From IMG/VR virus record IMGVR_UViG_3300003310_000099, positions 170,295 through 234,294 of that record: a stretch of DNA of 64,000 nucleotides, one strand, 5' to 3'. The notes below the pieces were generated by a model. The model was given only the letters and a program-made list of their open reading frames with translations. It did not search any database and was not told the DNA's origin. Positions 60,663 to 64,000 of this stretch are shown piece by piece. A program made the position numbers and the translations under genes. Source of the stretch: a virus. Its lineage: Duplodnaviria; Heunggongvirae; Uroviricota; Caudoviricetes. Positions within the stretch are counted from its first letter, which is position 1. Every line of letters starts with the position of its first letter.

Positions 60663-61338
60663 CATTAGATGGATTTTATGGAGAATCCAAAATCTTAAAG
60701 AGATGAATTCACCAAATCGTTTGCCAACCTATCGTAATATTTGGCAAGGCTGCTATGATGTGTGGCATTGTGAGCAAGATCGTATTGATTCTGTTGAAAT
60801 ACCAAAAGCCAAAATGAAGGCAGCAGAGGAAGGCGGCTTCATTAAAAGCGAGATAGTAAAGATGGGTAAATTCGATCAAGTAGTTTATTCACTAACCGAG
60901 TTAGGCGAGAAAACCTTGAGGGAAAACAATGAACAAGGAACTTGAGAAGCAGTTGCAAGAAAGATTTCCTAAGCAATTCAGGGATTTGTACGGGGATATG
61001 CGGGAAACCTGTATGCATTGGGGCTGTACAAATGGTAGCGGCTGGTACGGGATCATTGAGCAAGCTTGTTCTCAGATACAGGAAGAACTTGACGCACATC
61101 CTGAGCTAGATTTCAAGTGGTTGCAGATCAAGGAAAAATTTGGGCAATTGGTATTGAACGGAAGTGGTGGCAACGAAAGGATTTACGAGATAATCAAAAA
61201 ATTCCAGCAAAAGTCACTGGAAGTGTGCGAGATTTGCTCTACAGATGAAGGCAACATCACTACGAAGGGTTCATGGATCAGAACGCTTTGCGATAGTTGC
61301 AGGGCGACTAGGGCTAGGGAAGAATCCTAGTTGGTTAC

Positions 61339-61366
61339 TTTACAAACCGTGGATTTGTACTATCAT
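61339..61366 (+). promoter_or_regulatory. Sigma70-type promoter
   Basis: TTTACA-N16-TATCAT preceded by TTGTAC; GAGGAG RBS and ATG at about 61383. Confidence 0.65.
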
Positions 61367-61732
61367 CTTAGAGGAGACAGCAATGCTACTCGCAAAAAAG
61401 AACGCACGGTACTATCTGACGGAGCAGCGAGACGAGTGTGAACGTTGGTTCAGGTGTGTCAAGAGTATGGAGACTTATTCGGAGGTAGTCTACATTACTC
61501 CGAGAATGGCCAAAGAGTTATTGGATACAAGGAAGACAAGAAGGAATCTGCGGGTAGTAGGGCCATCTGACTTAAAGCTGGCAGGGACGCATTATAATGT
61601 AGCAATTAGTTTTTCTGGTAATTTGATAGAAGGCCAGCAAATACTAGAAAACATAATTGAAACTAGAAAATCAACAGAAGTTTTAGTTACTTTCAATTTG
61701 TCCGATAGACTAATTTTTTAGGAGAGATTACT

Positions 61733-62137
61733 GTGGAAACGAACGGCGAGCGTTTTGAGTGGAAGCCAGGATTCAGCCTTACGAAGTATGGAAGCATCTT
61801 TACTCTTAATTGCAATCAAGAGTTCGCTCAAAGGTTTAGGAATGTCCTGCGCGATTGTGGTGCTAATGAACCCACAATTAACAATTTGGCCGAGGATTTC
61901 AAATATTGTTTGGAATCCAATGAAGAGAGTGTGGACCCCGAATCGCATGATTTCATGCTGTCCAAGTTCGGGCATGTCTATCTGCTGACGTGCAAGCGGG
62001 AATTCATGCAAAGGCTCAATGCCGTTTTGCAGAATTTCTTGGTGACAAATCGTGTCTCGCCAGCGATTTTCTCTTTCTCCCAACAACTTGACGGCTATCT
62101 GCTGAACAAGTTCCAAAAAGCCCATACCGATTACTAA
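61733..62137 (+). CDS. Hypothetical protein with two tandem ~60-aa repeats
   Basis: FSLTKYGSIFTLNCNQEFAQRFRNVL versus FMLSKFGHVYLLTCKREFMQRLNAVL. Confidence 0.65.
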   Translation: METNGERFEWKPGFSLTKYGSIFTLNCNQEFAQRFRNVLRDCGANEPTINNLAEDFKYCLESNEESVDPESHDFMLSKFGHVYLLTCKREFMQRLNAVLQNFLVTNRVSPAIFSFSQQLDGYLLNKFQKAHTDY

Positions 62138-62144
62138 GAAGTTT

Positions 62145-62178
62145 ATGATAAGACCCCTGAAAAGGGGTCTTATCATTT
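62145..62178 (+). terminator. Rho-independent terminator
   Basis: ATGATAAGACCCCT-GAAA-AGGGGTCTTATCAT-TT. Confidence 0.75.
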
Positions 62179-62552
62179 AAGGAGCAATTTATGCCGAAGA
62201 AAGCTAAAGCTGAACCAAAGAAAATTGACGTGTTCAAACTCAATTATTATGTAACCAATAATGGTGATGGCTCAGCTAGTGTCCGTTTTTGTGAATCAAA
62301 AGAAAAAGCAGAAAAACTAGACGAAGAACAGGATGAAGGTTGGGGGGAGTCGTCTGCCAGCGATTTTGAACTCAAAATCGAAAATGGTGAAATTTATTGC
62401 CGTGCTTATGACCATGCCAAGCACAAGTATGATTGGCATAAACTAGAAAAGGGGACTCGAAATGAAGGCACATGAACTGACTCGCATGAAGACTTTCCCA
62501 AAGTTCCGCTTGAAAAATGGTAGGGTTGTGTGGGATAATGCGAATTAAAAGA

Positions 62553-62581
62553 TGGTCATTTACTATGTTAAGTAATGACCA
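62553..62581 (+). promoter_or_regulatory. Hairpin sequestering the HNH start codon
   Basis: TGGTCAT(T)TACT-ATGTTA-AGTAATGACCA; the ATG at 62575 is paired; ACTAT element in the 5' arm and loop. Confidence 0.6.
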
Positions 62582-63102
62582 AAAGTGAGAAAACAAAACT
62601 TCGACGTAAGACAAGAGCCGAAAATAATAAATGTGTTGTTTGTGGCACAGATTGGCGCGGAAGCAGTGTCACTTGTGAAAAATGTTTAGTTAAACTAAGA
62701 GAAAAAAACAAAATTAATAGAAGGAAGACAGTAGAAGAACGTAGACTTATTGAAGGTGTATGTGCTTATTGTGGGTCGGAATGGCAAGGTAAAACGATAA
62801 AATGCGAAAAATGTTTGCGGCAAGACACCAACCATTGTGCAAATAAGAAAAAAATTGTGTTTGAACATTACGGAAATAAGTGTGAATGTTGTGGCGAGAA
62901 CAACACCAAATTTTTAACTATAGATCATATTAACAATGATGGTAAGTTTTTTCGTAAAATTAAGCCTTACCATTATATTATAAAAAATAATTTTCCTAGT
63001 GACATAAGACTGTTGTGTTGGAATTGTAATTGCGGTCGGGCTAAGAATAATGGAGTTTGCCCACATAAGCAACAATCATTCCCTCCGTTCGTTTTCGTTT
63101 AA
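62575..63102 (+). CDS. HNH homing endonuclease with Zn-finger repeats
   Basis: CxxC repeats; YG.KC.CCGE....FLTIDHINNDG...LLCWNCN. Confidence 0.88.
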   Translation: MTKSEKTKLRRKTRAENNKCVVCGTDWRGSSVTCEKCLVKLREKNKINRRKTVEERRLIEGVCAYCGSEWQGKTIKCEKCLRQDTNHCANKKKIVFEHYGNKCECCGENNTKFLTIDHINNDGKFFRKIKPYHYIIKNNFPSDIRLLCWNCNCGRAKNNGVCPHKQQSFPPFVFV

Positions 63103-63112
63103 GGAATAAATT

Positions 63113-63448
63113 ATGTGTATTATACCGAAATTTGTCAGTAATGAAGTAGCAGTCAAGTTAGCAGAGGCAAAGCAGCTTATTGAAAATGGCTGGTGTCAGC
63201 ATCTATTTGCAATTCAGCAAGATAAAGAACGTTTCAATTACTGTGTAGTTGGAGCAATGTATGCGACCTTAGATAGAGGTGAAGTATTTGATAAGATGGT
63301 CAATGCCTTCATCAATGCTAATGGGCTTCCATCCTCAGATTACATGATGGGCAAGACAACCAATATCACTAGCTGGAACGATGATAAAAATCGCACCAAA
63401 GAAGAAGTTCTAGCTGCATTTGACAAGGCGATAAATTATGTTGGATAA
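63113..63448 (+). CDS. DUF6197-like protein
   Basis: A..LI..GWCQ, YC.VGA, I..WND...RT.EEVLAAFDKA. Confidence 0.7.
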   Translation: MCIIPKFVSNEVAVKLAEAKQLIENGWCQHLFAIQQDKERFNYCVVGAMYATLDRGEVFDKMVNAFINANGLPSSDYMMGKTTNITSWNDDKNRTKEEVLAAFDKAINYVG

Positions 63449-63986
63449 ACTAAAAGAAGCAATCCAGAAATTACCAGAGCTTTTGCAAGACCCAAATAAC
63501 TTTGATTCTTTGATCGTTAATAGGCGTAAACCACACACTTATAGAGTGTTTACGCATTTTAACGGTTATCGTATTTGTTTGCATAAATTTGATGTTTGTG
63601 ATAGGCACGAAGCGTTCCTCCACCCACATCCCTGGCCTGGCGCTTTTGCTATCTTACTTGGTAGCTATGAAATGGAAGTTGGGTATTCTGTATCTCGTAC
63701 AGAAAAACCTAATCATGTATTAAAAGTGGTATTGCTAGAAGGTAGTAGATACGAGATTACCAGTCCATTAACCTGGCATTCGGTCACGCCACTTGAGCCG
63801 ACTTATACGGTCATGGTTAATGGCGAACCTTGGGACGCTGAGACTGCCCATACAGACGTGCGGACCACTAAGGGCAAAGACTTGGATAGGATGGAGCCAG
63901 ATAAATTACTGCACCACCTGAAATCATTTAGGTTGCTGCTTCCTTTGCATGTTTGCCCAAAGTGCGGGGAAGGAGATAAAGCTTAG
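63438..63986 (+). CDS. Cupin-fold protein
   Basis: LHPHPWP....L.G.YE...WHSV. Confidence 0.65.
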   Translation: MLDKLKEAIQKLPELLQDPNNFDSLIVNRRKPHTYRVFTHFNGYRICLHKFDVCDRHEAFLHPHPWPGAFAILLGSYEMEVGYSVSRTEKPNHVLKVVLLEGSRYEITSPLTWHSVTPLEPTYTVMVNGEPWDAETAHTDVRTTKGKDLDRMEPDKLLHHLKSFRLLLPLHVCPKCGEGDKA

Positions 63987-63996
63987 CTGTACCGAG
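63978..63996 (+). repeat. Dispersed 19-nt motif, copy 8
   Basis: AAAGCTTAGCTGTACCGAG; supplies the stop of 63438..63986. Confidence 0.9.
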
Positions 63997-64000
63997 TGGT

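Noticed and set aside
296-62614. Numerous short minus-strand and alternate-frame ORFs in the track
   Set aside because: They are shadows of well-supported + strand genes. Only 7343, 17078, 17647, 18825 and 44125 occupy their own space on the minus strand (19534 is uncertain).
9869-63996. CRISPR array reading of the 19-nt motif
   Set aside because: Copies are hundreds to thousands of bases apart with whole genes between them; there are no regular spacers and no cas genes.
1-64000. Genome-wide amber recoding (alternative code) as the explanation for the TAG in the Pth2-like gene
   Set aside because: Long genes are uninterrupted in code 11, and many genes end at TAG with the next gene starting immediately.

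Overview
This is a 64-kb segment of a large (probably jumbo) dsDNA phage genome. It is AT-rich, densely packed and almost entirely on the + strand, and it uses the standard genetic code, since many genes end in TAG. Recognisable genes include rIIB and rIIA, a sigma70-like factor, a RuvB-like ATPase, ArdC, a macro domain, AlkB, RNase HI, Hsp20, two J-domain proteins, a Clp N-domain protein, two RNA-ligase-like enzymes, a truncated class II aaRS-like protein, a glycan-modification cluster, several probable virion proteins, seven HNH/LAGLIDADG endonucleases and tRNA-Lys(UUU). The ClpC N-domain, NtrC-type Fis HTH and DUF2934 genes look host-derived and suggest a Planctomycetota host (inference). 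Five signals are not visible in the ORF track: (1) an otherwise intact Pth2-type peptidyl-tRNA hydrolase gene with a strong promoter and RBS but an in-frame amber stop at codon 4 (ATG GAA CAC TAG), a candidate readthrough-controlled translation-stress switch; (2) a 136-nt tRNA-like RNA with D- and T-arms but a three-hairpin insert; (3) eight co-oriented copies of a 19-nt motif, ATAGCTTAGCTGTACCRAG, at gene junctions, several ahead of genes with a distinct codon bias; (4) start-sequestering hairpins with an adjacent late-promoter-like element in front of four homing endonucleases and one virion gene; (5) the footprint of an HNH insertion that split and rebuilt a gene's 5' end. All protein assignments are by eye from motifs, without database searches.
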